Part shown: one piece after another, positions 30,415-43,595 of the stretch | How positions within the stretch are numbered: the stretch's first letter is position 1 | How the letters are laid out: each line of letters begins with the position of its first letter | NCBI GenBank assembly: GCA_963921275.4 | Contig: OZ001293.3 | Location: 512,001-576,000 of the forward strand | Reading direction: 5' to 3' | Length of the DNA: 64,000 nucleotides | From: an uncultured Hormoscilla sp. | GTDB lineage: Bacteria; Cyanobacteriota; Cyanobacteriia; Cyanobacteriales; Desertifilaceae | The notes under the pieces: model-generated | What the model was told of the DNA's origin: nothing | The model's input: the letters and a program-made list of their open reading frames with translations, nothing else | The model's database searches: none | Position numbers and translations under genes: made by a program

Positions 30415-32124
30415 TCAGAAGCCGAGGTCTTCTAGGGCTTCGGCAGCGGCGGCAAATAGGGCCTCATCGGGCAGATCGGACCAGGCAGTTTCGCCAATTT
30501 CGCGGTAGAATTTCTGGTCGTAGGGACGGGTCTGCATGACTACCGGCATGGGAACAGCATGGCCCAGAATGAGGGCTTGCTGCTTGGAATCGAGTTTGGC
30601 CAAAACGGAACGCAAATTACCTCCTCCAGAAACACCTGTGAATATCGCCTCTATATCTTTTTCGTCATTGAGTAGGGCAGTTATGCGAGTGCCAATTTGA
30701 GACATGACTTCTTTATCGATGCCCGAGGGGCGCTGATCTATCACCAGTAGGGTCACGAAGTATTTCCGCATTTCTCGGGCGATCGTGCCGAAGATGGTTT
30801 GACTGGCGATACTGGGATCTAGGAAACGATGGGCCTCTTCGATGGTGATTACTAGAGGACGGGGGCGATCGCCGGGATTTTTGGTCTGTAAGAACCTGTC
30901 GGCTTTGCGGACGTAAGCATAGTGGATGCGGCGGGTAATCATATTGGTGGCCAACATATAAGAGATGAGGTTGGACTGAGAACCGAATTCCACTACTACA
31001 TGCTTGCCAGCGTCCAGGGACTCCAAAATCTGATCTATATAATTGTGACCGCTGAAGTTACGCAGGTATTTCAGACCCGTCAAACGATTCAGTTTCCGCT
31101 GCAAGGCCGCAATCGAGGTTTTGCTGCCATTGTTTTCTTTACAAAATTCCTCGATATCCAGGTTACTCATTTCCAGCAACTGGACTATCCAATTGTCGCC
31201 AAAATGATTCCGCAACAGCAGGGCACTGTCCAGGCTAGCTTCCGAGAGATTTAACTCCCTTTTGACCAAATTTAGGTCTTCAACTTCAATTTGATTGAAG
31301 CCGAGGTACAATTCTTGAGCATCTCGGATGCCTCGCCGTCTTGTCGATTCCGGATCGAGGGTGTAAACTATCACTTGGCCGGGAAATAGCTGCCGCAAGC
31401 CCTTGGCCGTGGCGAAGGATTTCCCTTCACAAACTGCTTCCCACCCATATTCCGAGTGCATGTCAAAAATTAGATTTACAGCCACTTGCTTGCTGATGAT
31501 CCCAGATAGCAGCAGGCGGGCGAGAAAGGATTTTCCCGTACCTGATTTCCCAAAGATGCCATTACTCCGTTCCACAAATCTGTCTAAGTCGATACAGACT
31601 GGTACGTCCATATCAATTGGTTTCCCGATCGCGAAGTTGCGGCGTCCGGGGTCATCTTCCCAGCCAAATACGGCCCGAAAGTCATATTCTGAGGCATCAT
31701 ATACTTGGCTGAAATGGCTGGGAATGGTCTTGACTGGCATTAAATCTAGGTCGATGCTGGTTTGGGCCTGAAAAGATGCCAGAGGGTATTTGCCATTTTT
31801 CCCCTGGACAAAATTATCTTTTTCCCCCATCTTGGGGGTGAACATTAACATTGGAGTGAGATAGATCGTGCCATAAGTGCTGCTTCCGGCCAGGACTTCC
31901 TGCAATAAGCTATTGGACGGTTCGGGGGGGTTGGCGATAATTCTGTTGCTAGAAGTCCCTAGGGCTACGTCTGTGACTAGACAGAAAAACCGCGACCTCC
32001 TTCCCTGCACTACCATAAATTTTCCCACCCGCATTTCTTCGACTGAGACATCTGCATGCAGTCGCACTTCTAATCCCTCAGACAAAGACCCTTGAATTAC
32101 TGATCCTAGTGGCTTGTTTGTCAT
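30415..32124 (-). CDS. HerA-like ATPase (DUF87)
   Basis: HAS-barrel-like N-terminus, GKSGTGKS, DMHSEY, IEEAH, REMRKY, DQRPS. Confidence 0.88.
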   Translation of the reverse strand: MTNKPLGSVIQGSLSEGLEVRLHADVSVEEMRVGKFMVVQGRRSRFFCLVTDVALGTSSNRIIANPPEPSNSLLQEVLAGSSTYGTIYLTPMLMFTPKMGEKDNFVQGKNGKYPLASFQAQTSIDLDLMPVKTIPSHFSQVYDASEYDFRAVFGWEDDPGRRNFAIGKPIDMDVPVCIDLDRFVERSNGIFGKSGTGKSFLARLLLSGIISKQVAVNLIFDMHSEYGWEAVCEGKSFATAKGLRQLFPGQVIVYTLDPESTRRRGIRDAQELYLGFNQIEVEDLNLVKRELNLSEASLDSALLLRNHFGDNWIVQLLEMSNLDIEEFCKENNGSKTSIAALQRKLNRLTGLKYLRNFSGHNYIDQILESLDAGKHVVVEFGSQSNLISYMLATNMITRRIHYAYVRKADRFLQTKNPGDRPRPLVITIEEAHRFLDPSIASQTIFGTIAREMRKYFVTLLVIDQRPSGIDKEVMSQIGTRITALLNDEKDIEAIFTGVSGGGNLRSVLAKLDSKQQALILGHAVPMPVVMQTRPYDQKFYREIGETAWSDLPDEALFAAAAEALEDLGF

Positions 32125-32248
32125 TTTTTTATTGCTAATTGAGAATTGAGAAAGGCAGATTTATTTATTCATGTCCATAGCGCGACTGCGTTGCGCGATC
32201 CCAAATGCGCAATCTTTCATTCACCATTCTCAATTTTTCATTCACCAT

Positions 32249-33040
32249 TTACTCAATCTCAATTGATGTTGGTGATGAGTTGCTAGATGCTGTGGGTGAT
32301 AAGGGTTGGCGATAGTTGGCATAGAAGCGATCGCGCCAATTAAAGAAAGTTTCGTACATGGTATCATCTGCTAAACCGGGTACGCCTTTACCTTTGAGCC
32401 TTTCGGGCATATCCAGATATGGTCCATCTGGGAATTTAATATACATACTCAACCCTGCTACTGCGAAATCTGCTAGTGTTGGGGTGTTGTTTACGAGATA
32501 GGGATTATCTACTAATAGCAGACTCAGGGCTTCTAGGTTTTGCTTGAGAATGTCTTGGGCTGATTTGACCTCGTCAGGGCCAGCACCAACCCCAAAACCA
32601 AGAAAATCCAGCAATTCCCTTGGTATTGCTCCTACTATACCTTTGAGCAAGTCGGGCGTGGCGCTGGGCAATACAGATGTCCGCAGGTCTTGGTTTTGGC
32701 TCAGGCCTCCATATAGGGCTTTACGACTTAATATCCCTAGGGATGAGTCGGCCCATTCTTCCATCATCAAACATAGTCCTCGTTCTCTGGCGTCCGTGGG
32801 TATTATTGGTTTATCTGGATATTGTCGATCGAGATACATGGCGATCGCCGTTGAGTCGGCCACCACTGTGCCTCCATCCTCGATCACTGGCACCTGCCGC
32901 TGACCGGACATTTGGAACACTTCTATCTGCCCTACCCCCGGGGTTACTTCTATTTTCCGGTATTCCAGCCCCTTGTAATCTAGAATCAGCCGCACTTTCT
33001 CGCAGTATTCCGACAGCTCAAATTGGTACAACTCTATCAT
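32249..33040 (-). CDS. glutathione S-transferase family protein
   Basis: YCEKVRLILDYK, QVPVI, DSTAIA.YL, TLADFAVA. Confidence 0.88.
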   Translation of the reverse strand: MIELYQFELSEYCEKVRLILDYKGLEYRKIEVTPGVGQIEVFQMSGQRQVPVIEDGGTVVADSTAIAMYLDRQYPDKPIIPTDARERGLCLMMEEWADSSLGILSRKALYGGLSQNQDLRTSVLPSATPDLLKGIVGAIPRELLDFLGFGVGAGPDEVKSAQDILKQNLEALSLLLVDNPYLVNNTPTLADFAVAGLSMYIKFPDGPYLDMPERLKGKGVPGLADDTMYETFFNWRDRFYANYRQPLSPTASSNSSPTSIEIE

Positions 33041-33274
33041 TTTTTCTCTCCCGATCGTCCTGACTGGTGTTCTTTACAGTTTTCTGTTGGCCCCGCCCCT
33101 AGCAGAATGCTGACCGACTTATTCGGGCAGGCTTGGGCCATTAGCCGTTCACTCTAACATTTTATCTACATTTCCTTTCCTTAAGTAAATGTTAAATTCA
33201 CTGAAAATTTGCCTGAGTATTCGAGGGGAACTCCAGTAGGCTGCCTCCAGACTGCGATCTGTGGCAGAATCGGA

Positions 33275-35070
<1,796 letters not shown>

Positions 35071-35254
35071 CAGAGGTGAGGGAATGGAAGTTGCTCAATA
35101 TGTTGGTGGGGAGTGATTTCCACACGAGAGTTGCTCCCGCAGCCTTGGAAACAGGAGCTGATGCCGCTCGAATGAGTCGGTCCTTCATAAGAAGTAGCTG
35201 TAACAGCCTTGGTCTTGGGTGGAAGCTACACAAGCGAGACTTGGAGTCAATGGT

Positions 35255-35359
35255 TTATGTGGGTTTCGGGGGCTGGAGGAATGCAATAAAGTCAGCTACT
35301 TCTCGCTGTGCATCCAGGGGTAAGGCGGTAAATTGCTGCCAGATTGTTTCAGGTTCCAT
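35255..35359 (-). pseudogene. DUF2281-like antitoxin fragment
   Basis: MEPETIWQQFTALPLDAQREVADFIAFL matches an LP...Q.EV.DF..FL pattern. Confidence 0.5.
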
Positions 35360-35459
35360 CGTTCTATGCTCGTTGATTATAGACAACTCTCTCTACTTCT
35401 ATGATAATGCTTCTTAGCGATTCTGACAAGGGGCGATCGCATCTTCCAACGCCCGCACC

Positions 35460-36266
35460 TGATCGCCCTTGTCTTGTGGCGTGAGGAGGGGCGTGATGGT
35501 GGGAGCCATCGAAACCGAGTTTCTGCATCAAATCTCGCTCTCGATGCCAAAATTATCACAAAAACCCGGTTTCTGGGTCTTAGGGTTCGGGGGCGTGAGG
35601 GTGGGAGCCATCGAAACCGAGTTTCTGAGTCAAATCTTGGTGGAGATGGAAAAATTATCAAAGAAACCCGGTTTCTGGTCTGGTCGCCCTAGTGAGTTGA
35701 TACGGCATAGTTTTGGGGTTGAGACTCTAAGGAGTACCCGACCTTATTAGATGTGAATTGTTCTATCCATGAGCGAATATCCGCTTCTGGATGTAGGTAC
35801 TCTAATGGTTCTACTTGCAAGTCTACACCAGCAGCTAGTCCCAGCAATTCCAAACTTCGGAGTCCTCAACATTTGGATCTTCCGCCATTACCCAGGTGGC
35901 TGCCCAGTTAGATACTGCTTCCCGATCGGCTGTACCTTGGAGGATAGCCTGCAACTGATTAACGACCTCAGCGACGGTAGGTGGTGTTTGAATTTCAAAC
36001 ATGGTTGTGTTTTCGTTCATGGACAATGTTAGTTAAGATACCCGATCGCCCTTGTCTGGTGGCGTGAGGGGGGGCGTGATGGTGGGAGCCATCGAAACCG
36101 AGTTTCTACATCAAATCTCGCTCTCGATGCCAAAATTATCACAGAAACCCGGTTTCTTGGTCTTAGGGTTCGGAGGGCGTTCTGGTGGGGGTTGAGAAAC
36201 CGGGTTTCTGAGTCAAATCTCTCGGTGGAAATGCCAAAATTATCAAAGAAACCCGGTTTCTGGTCT
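35460..36266. repeat. repeat units built on GAAACCCGGTTTCT-type palindromes (35460-35690 and 36043-36266)
   Basis: Two related ~220-bp blocks, each with internal ~100-bp units. Confidence 0.7.
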
Positions 36267-36819
36267 GTTACCTCTTGCCATACTCTTGAGAAAATCCCGT
36301 GCCACTCGCAGCACGTCTGAGGAATATTGTCTGCCAATATCTGTCCCGGACTCGATGTGTTGGCGGAGTTCCGCTGCTGTAAATGATTTGCCGTTGGCTG
36401 TTCGCAAAACTACTGTATCGGCGGGCACAACTTCACTCACCAGTCTCGCGAATACTTCCTGACTGATACTCCGCGCCACACTCTCGACTATAGCTGTGGC
36501 TTGGATTGATAATAACTCACTAAGTCCTGTTAAAAATTGCCGCAATGAGGGCGATTGGGCGGCTGCTCTGGTAATATCGGGCAACAGCAGAGTACTTATT
36601 ACTTCCTGCCCCGGGTGTAATTAAAAGTGACACTTAGGCATTATTAACCGGTCCGGGAGTTCTACCTCTGTATGACCGGTGGGATCAGAGTTCCGCCGGT
36701 GATGGCCGCACGGTGGATGGAACAACTCAAATGGTGAATTCTGCCTTGATTGCTCGATTTTTTTACCCTTATGTTATATAATTTTATTTATCAGTTTACT
36801 ATGGAGCTAAAGCCCTATA

Positions 36820-38021
36820 TGTCTGAATTCATGAATTATGATGAAACGGTTGAACGTTCCCAGCTGCGCTTCTGAATTAGCTCTAAGATTGCAGGCTCAT
36901 CCCAATATATCGGCTCGTGTTTTATCTCTGTTATATCTTGTTTAAAATCCGGATAATAATTGTGAAACAGCGAGCGGTACGGAGTTAAAAATTGTCTCGG
37001 AACTCCAAAAACTGGGAAATGATGCTCTTCAAGGCCAAAGAGAAAAAAAGCCTTAGCTTGTGAAAAATCTAATTCGATGCAGAGAAAAAAGCAACTATAT
37101 TGGCATAGCCTGTTGGGAACTATCCAAGTGATAGAAAAAACTTTTATTGGCCTCAGTTTTTCGACCGTTTTCATCATCGGCCCAAATGTCGGGGTTATTC
37201 TTTACCATTACCAGGAGCAATTACGAATTTGGGAGTACCAAAAAATTACTGAAAAGCTACAAGAACATTACGGTATAACTGTGCCGTTCGGCACAAGCTA
37301 TCATTCAAAAACATGCGGTTAAAGTATCTCAAAAAACAGCAGAAAAAATTCCCGATAGAGATGGAGTAGAGCAGATAATTGCAGGAAGGGATGGCACGAT
37401 GATTCCAATTGTAAAAACGACGAAGGATGATAATAAAATTATTGCTCGCCGCCCGCTCTTGTTGGAGGATGCGAAGCTCGTCTATCACTTGTGCAAATTC
37501 CTACCCAGAAAAAAACAATTATTGTCGGTACAGTAGGTACCGTAGACGAGGCAGGAAACCAATTACTGCATAGCGCTATTCGGGCTGGGATAGGTGACAA
37601 TACTAAAGTTCATGTGATCGGAGATGGAGCCAGTTGCATTGTTAATCAGGTCATGCGCTTGCGATTGAGAACGTGCTAGTAGCGCTTAATCATTAAAAAC
37701 AGGATAAAGGCGCTTAAGTTTGATTCTAGCAGAGCGCGGTGGTGAACTGCCAGGAGATGGTTATGGGCGTTTCGCGCTCGTATTCCAGGCAGCCAGTTCT
37801 CAAAAACAGGCTTGAATACATGAACGTGCATTGGTGCGATTGATGCTGATTTACCAATTGGCTCTGGAAAAATTGAGAGCGCACATCGTTATGTAATTCA
37901 AAAAGGTTTGCAATTGACAGGTCAGGAGTGGACCGTTGAAAACGCGATCTGATATGTTAGTTTTAAGGATATTAAGAGTTAATAATGATTGGCAATCCTA
38001 TTGGTTAAATTTGAGCCAATA
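36820..38021 (+). pseudogene. highly decayed UPF0236/ISLre2-like transposase
   Basis: Fragments VHVIGDGA and LPIGSGKIESAHRYVIQK...W across several frames. Confidence 0.65.
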
Positions 38022-38104
38022 AAATTCGTCCCTTACCCAAGCCATAGTTATTGAGACTCTCATCTTCTCGACATCAGTTTTCTGCCATGATAGCGCTCTG
38101 AACA

Positions 38105-38968
38105 TATACTGCACTAGGTCATAATTTGAGCTTTGTCAATTATTTGAAAATTCAGAGTTAGCAGAGATTATATCTCTTCTTTGTGGAGACTATGAGCATT
38201 ATGTATCGGATCAGCAATTGCCGATTTAAATGAATCAAAATCTTCATAATACTGGGAAGATAAACATTTCTTTTTTACCCATTTCCACAACCGCTCAATT
38301 AGGCATGATGGTAAATATAATAACCTTGAGTTCTTTAGCTTTTTCCCAAAGCAAATTGCATTTTTGATAGCGAGCATTATCTATTACTAATGAAATTGGC
38401 ATATATTTTTTTTCTGATCTTTTCCAATAGCTCGCAAACCCTTATAGCATTTGGCATCATTTCTTACGGTTATAACTTCCGAAGTAATCGCATTTAATGC
38501 CCCTAAAACATTAAATCTTTTTCTCCCTGATGATGTTTTAATAAATATTCTCTTAAAACATCATAAAAATCCTAGAAATGCGCCCATAATGGGCGGCATC
38601 AACAAAAAAAACGACTCTTTTTCCTTCGGAAGCCTCTAACAGTCTGGGTTCTAGAGTTTTTTCTTTATATTCTTGTTGTATGTCTGGGTCGGCTTTTCCT
38701 GATATCTGTCCTACCTTTCCCATTCCCATCTTTAACATAAAATTCCTGACCTGGCTACGTTTAATCCCAGTTAATTCTTTTTGGCTTCTTTTAAACTTGC
38801 TGGTGGCTGTTTTTCAAATTATTCTCTAATCAAATTTTCAAAATTATTCGCTTTGAATTTTATGTGAATTTAACTGAGATATCCTATCGAAACCACATGC
38901 CAAATATTCTTTAAAATAATCCCGCATTGTATTTTGACATACCCCAGCAAGCCGGGCTATTTCTTTGC
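38105..38968 (-). pseudogene. IS630-family transposase remnant
   Basis: EIARLAGV..NT.R.Y (HTH), FFVDAAH, YLP...IERLWKWVKK. Confidence 0.75.
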
Positions 38969-39530
38969 ACCAGAAACCCATTTGAGCCACCCCAGGTTCC
39001 AGGGGACTGACAAGTTCGCTATGGCCATTAGCGCCCCCCTCTGGCGCTACCGCGATCGGGAACTGACCTGAGGCCATCAGGTTGCGGGCCGATCGCAAAC
39101 CCTGTCTATCTAACTTGCCCCGCTGCATAAAACTGCCCCCCAACCGGGGAAATATGCAACTAGTAAAGTCCCCCGCCCAGATAGGAATGCCCCGATCGTA
39201 GATAAAGTAGCTGTGAACGGGGTATTTTAATGTAAATCCCTGACCCTTTGCCGCCTGGGGCACCGCCTGCCACAGCAGATGGCCCATACAAAAAGCGTCA
39301 TTAGGACTATTGGGATGGCGAAAAGCGATCAGAAAGCGAGTTTGTCCCAGATCGAACTGACGATAGAGGTCTGCTAGCACTTCCACATTATCCGTCTTGA
39401 TCGAGGCGATCGCCATCTTATACTTCAGCCACCAGGGGAGCAACCATTGGGTCCCTCTCAGGACTGTAGGATTAAAAGCTGGCGGAATAAACTCTAAAGC
39501 TGGCTGAACTTTATTTCTTACTGAAGACAT
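38969..39530 (-). pseudogene. acyltransferase paralog truncated by the IS630 remnant
   Basis: Highly similar to the N-terminal half of 39684-40664; switches abruptly to IS630 HTH sequence after GFWC. Confidence 0.8.
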
Positions 39531-39561
39531 AGTGCTGCATCTCAAAGTTTGGTTGATTCAT

Positions 39562-39665
39562 TATAGCGTTTTTTAAGCTGATGAGGTACAGGTAAATTGG
39601 CTATCAATGGCAATGTCAATATGTCCAAGTGCAGGATGTACCTCACGAGGGGAAAAACCGCTATA
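39562..39665. mobile_element. MITE (TATAGCG...GAGGTACA terminal repeats); relative at ~59685-59776
   Basis: Imperfect inverted ends TATAGCGTTTT...GAGGTACA / TGTACCTC...AAAACCGCTATA. Confidence 0.6.
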
Positions 39666-39683
39666 GTTACGATCTTAAATTAT

Positions 39684-40664
39684 TCAACTTTCTAGAGCCG
39701 TTTGCAAATCTTGAGTCAGCTGCTCGACAGCTTGACGGCGATCAAAATACTCCTCACAAACGCGGAGGGCGGTATCTAGCAGCGCCTGCAACCTGGCTGC
39801 CATTTTAGCGTTGGGGTCTTCTAGAGATGGAGTAGGAGTAGGCTGTTGATGATAGAACTGATTGTAAAACTTTTCCATCAAAGATAGCAATTCTTCTCCC
39901 GCCCGGAACAGCCTCAGATAAAGCGAGCTAGAGGATGCTTCGGAATGGTAGATCGCCTGCTGAGGTAAACCTAAATCTGCTTCTACTTCGCTCAAGAGTT
40001 TCTCTAACTCCGGCCAAGGGGGAGTAAGGTAACTGTATTGAATGCTTACAGGCACGATCGCCACCTGCTGGGCGCGTCCAGCGGCCTGCAAATCTTCCAC
40101 GCACCAGAAAGCAATTTGAGCCACACCAGGTTCCAGAGGACTGACAATTTCGCTATGATCGTTAGTGCCCCCCTCTGGCGCTATGGCGATCGGAAACTGA
40201 CCTGACGCCATCAGGTTGCGGGCCGATCGCAAACCCAGTCTATCTAACTTGCCCCGCTGCATCGAACTGCCTCCCAACCGGGAAAATATCCAGCTAGCAA
40301 AGTCACCCGCCCAGATCGGAATGCCACGATCGTAGATAAAGTGACTGTGAACGGGGTATTTTAATTTAAATCCCCGACCCTTGGCCGCCTGGGGCACTGC
40401 CTGCCACAGCAGATGGGCCATACAAAAAGCGTCATTAGGACTATTGGGATGGCGAAAAGCGATCAGAAAGCGAGTTTGTCCCAGATCGAACTGACGATAG
40501 AGGTCTGCTAGCACCTCCACATTATCCGTCTCGATTGACGCGATCGCCATCTTATACTTCAGCCACCAGGGGAGCAACCATTGGATCCCTCTCAGGACTG
40601 TAGGATTGAAAGCTGGGCCAATAAACTCTAAAGCTGGCTGAACTTGATTTCTTACCGAAGACAT
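39684..40664 (-). CDS. PlsC-like 1-acyl-glycerol-3-phosphate acyltransferase family protein (possibly C-terminally shortened)
   Basis: FRHP...D motif, APEG, IVPVSIQY. Confidence 0.75.
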   Translation of the reverse strand: MSSVRNQVQPALEFIGPAFNPTVLRGIQWLLPWWLKYKMAIASIETDNVEVLADLYRQFDLGQTRFLIAFRHPNSPNDAFCMAHLLWQAVPQAAKGRGFKLKYPVHSHFIYDRGIPIWAGDFASWIFSRLGGSSMQRGKLDRLGLRSARNLMASGQFPIAIAPEGGTNDHSEIVSPLEPGVAQIAFWCVEDLQAAGRAQQVAIVPVSIQYSYLTPPWPELEKLLSEVEADLGLPQQAIYHSEASSSSLYLRLFRAGEELLSLMEKFYNQFYHQQPTPTPSLEDPNAKMAARLQALLDTALRVCEEYFDRRQAVEQLTQDLQTALES

Positions 40665-40697
40665 AGTGATAGTTAGCGATTGTTAATTGTTTATTAT

Positions 40698-41648
40698 TCA
40701 TAATTTACTATCTAATTCCGATCGGCGCGTCCGCCGCTGGATATCTTCTAAAATCCTCCGATTTGTTGCTATCAAATCGGCAACTAAACCAAACATCCAC
40801 AACTGGAAGCCAATCAAAATCAATATTGCTGCTAAAATTAAAGTTGGAACCCTGGGTTTTTCATAATTGGCAAAAAAGAATAACAGCCAGCGAATTCCTA
40901 ACAGCACTCCCGCCGTAAAAGGTATAGTGCCCAGAAAAGTGAAAAAGCGCAGCGGTTTATACAGCATGAAAATTCTCAGGATAGTCAAAATTGACCGCTG
41001 TACGTAACTCGGAATATTCTTTACCAAACGCGAAGGACGCAAATAGCCATTTGTTCTCACGGGTACAGAAGTAATTGCCATGCCCTTTTGTCCCACCTGG
41101 ATAATCATTTCCAGGGTGTAAGTGTACCGATTGAATACATTTAACTGCATGGCTGCTTCCCGACCGATCGCGCGAAACCCGCTGGGGGCGTCTGGAATAT
41201 CTGTATTACTGGCTACCCGGACTACCCAACTACCTAGTTTTTGCAGCAGTTTCTTGAGCGGAGAAAAATCTTTAATCTCGTTAATCGGTCTCGTACCCAC
41301 GACAATTTCTGCCTAACCATATAGAATAGGTGAAATTAGGTTTGGGATATCTGAAGCACAGTATTGATTATCCGCATCAGTGTTGACGATAATATCTGCA
41401 CCAGCTTTCAAACTCGCTTCTATTCCTGCCATGAAAGCTTTCACTAGTCCTTGATTGCGGGCAAAGTTGACTATATGATCGACTCCACATTCTTTGGCAA
41501 CTTCCACAGTTCTGTCAGTGCTGCCATCGTTGATAATCAGCCATTCAATTTTGTCAATCCCAGGTAGCTGGCGGGGCAGTTCTCCCAGAGTTACCGCTAA
41601 AGTCGCTTCTTCATTGTAGCAGGGAATTTGAATAATTAGTTTGGTCAT
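40698..41648 (-). pseudogene. GT2 glycosyltransferase with in-frame TAG at 41313
   Basis: IPCYNEE, NDGSTD, TDADNQY, D.PSGFRA; the two ORFs share one frame. Confidence 0.85.
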
Positions 41649-41732
41649 GGTTCATTGTAGATTATTCATTGTTATGGAAATTCTCAACTCTCAATTCTCA
41701 ATTCTCAATTCTCAATTCTCCATTCTCCATTC

Positions 41733-42590
41733 TCAATTGGCCATTAGCAATTGAAATTGCCGATCGTCAATTCGTTCGGCTCCTTGCAGAGTTTCAGCAA
41801 TTTCCGATAAAGTCAAAACCGCGTGACCGAGATAGCCATGGGCTTGCAGTTTATCCTTGACTCCCCCTCCTTGGTCAATAAACACGACAATATCTTTAAC
41901 TTCTAATCCCACAGACTGGAGTTTTTCCGCGCCTTGCATGACACTATTACCAGTAATCAGAATATCATCGACCACCACAACCTTTTCTCCCGGTTCGTAA
42001 TGTCCCTCAATCAGCCTTTGAGTGCCGTGCGCTTTGACCTCTTTGCGAGGGAAAATCATCGGACGTTCCATCCGCAGGGCCAAACCAGTGGCGGTGGGCA
42101 AAGATCCATAGGGGATTCCAGCAATGCGATCGAACTCCAGCCCTTGAAGAATTTCAGCGTAGGCTCCGACGATTTGGTAGAATACCTGGGGTACAGAGAT
42201 CATTTTGCGCAGGTCGATGTAATACGGTAAGATCGCTCCAGATGCCTGAACGTGCTCGCCAAAAATAATGCAACCGATGTCATAGAGTTGCAAAATCAAA
42301 TCTAGATGGGGTTGGGGGTGCAACACACAGACATTGGGCACCCACAACTCGCAGGTAGGATTTCCTTGCACGACCAACTGACGTTCCTGATTAATCGATT
42401 CTCCCAGGGAGGCGATCGCCTCACGGGGAAATTCGGACCGCAAAAAGTCCGGCGGTACTGGTAGCAGCAATCCTTCGCCATAGCTATTCAAGCCAGCATT
42501 AAGCATTTGGGATAATTGCTGATATTCTCCCAACACCATAATTAAGCGTTCCGGTGCCGCCGATCGCACGCTCACCAGCAACCTGAGCAA
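41733..42590 (-). pseudogene. pyrE: C-terminal part of bifunctional PyrF/PyrE; OPRT domain intact, N-terminus missing
   Basis: YYIDLR, GIPYG, RKEVKAHG, VVVDDILITG; only a partial decarboxylase-like segment precedes it before the divergent yebC. Confidence 0.75.
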
Positions 42591-42647
42591 GTTCCGATTA
42601 AAATAACCTGGTGTAGCTATCTATCGCGTATATTCTTCCATTCCAAT

Positions 42648-43409
42648 ATGGCCGGACACAGTAAATGGGCAAATATCAAGCGTCAAAAGGAACGAGTAGA
42701 TGCCCGTAAAGGCAAAACCTTTACCAAAATATCCCGCGAGATTATCGTAGCAGCTCGCAGTGGCATTCCCGATCCGGCGGGTAATTTTCAATTGCGGACG
42801 GCAATTGAGAAGGCCAAGGCCACAGGGATACCCAATGAAAATATTGAACGGGCGATCGCCAAGGGTGCTGGCACCTGGGGGACAGAAGGTGAAAGTTTCG
42901 AGGCGATCCGTTATGAAGGTTACGGTCCTGGGGGTGTGGCCATTCTGATTGAAGCCCTCACGGATAATCGTAACCGCACCGCCGCTGACCTGAGAGCCGC
43001 CTTTACCAAAAATGGTGGTAACTTAGGTGAAACTGGCTGTGTCAGCTGGATGTTTGAGCAAAAAGGTGTAGTTGTCATTACTGGCGCGATCTCCGAAGAA
43101 AAGTTACTCGAAGCCTCCCTAGAGGGTGGTGCCCAGACCTATGATTTGAATCAAGCAGAATATGATACATTAATCGCAGAGGTATTCACAGAATTGGAAA
43201 ATCTGCAAAACCTCAGCCTCAAGCTACAGGACTATGACTTTGCAGTCAGTGAAGTAGAACTGCGTTGGATTCCCAGTAATACAATAGAAGTTATTGACCC
43301 AGAACAGGCGCGATCGCTGCTGAAATTAATCAATGCCCTAGAAGATTTAGACGATGTACAAAATGTTACTTCTAACTTTGACATGGCAAAGGAACTCATG
43401 TCTCTGTAG
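42648..43409 (+). CDS. yebC: YebC/PmpR family protein
   Basis: MAGHSKWANIK, YEGYGPGG, TDNRNRT. Confidence 0.95.
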   Translation: MAGHSKWANIKRQKERVDARKGKTFTKISREIIVAARSGIPDPAGNFQLRTAIEKAKATGIPNENIERAIAKGAGTWGTEGESFEAIRYEGYGPGGVAILIEALTDNRNRTAADLRAAFTKNGGNLGETGCVSWMFEQKGVVVITGAISEEKLLEASLEGGAQTYDLNQAEYDTLIAEVFTELENLQNLSLKLQDYDFAVSEVELRWIPSNTIEVIDPEQARSLLKLINALEDLDDVQNVTSNFDMAKELMSL

Positions 43410-43595
43410 GGGCGAATCGTTACAGAGCCCTCGATTGCGCTGCGCGCACACGCTTCGCTACGCGATCGAGAACAGTGGTTCGGGTCATAATAAAGACAGG
43501 TACATATTCCTATGGTTGTCAAAAAAACGAAGCTGCGTGAATGAGTATGGCGGTAGCACAGCTAGAGCAAACTAGATCGAGATCGCAAAAAACAT

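Noticed and set aside
27044..32124. SbcD plus HerA as a novel defence or repair operon
   Set aside because: They are separated by a sigma-factor gene and long intergenic regions, and no SbcC or NurA partner is present; these look like ordinary cyanobacterial genes.
35835..36584. Two short minus-strand ORFs as a toxin/immunity pair
   Set aside because: They are fragmentary, bounded by repeats, and carry no motif I can identify with confidence.
41683..41740. Heptamer tracts (CAATTCT, ACAACTG, AATTAGC; also 22275, 46855, 61635) as novel repeats
   Set aside because: These are typical STRR-type repeats of filamentous cyanobacteria.
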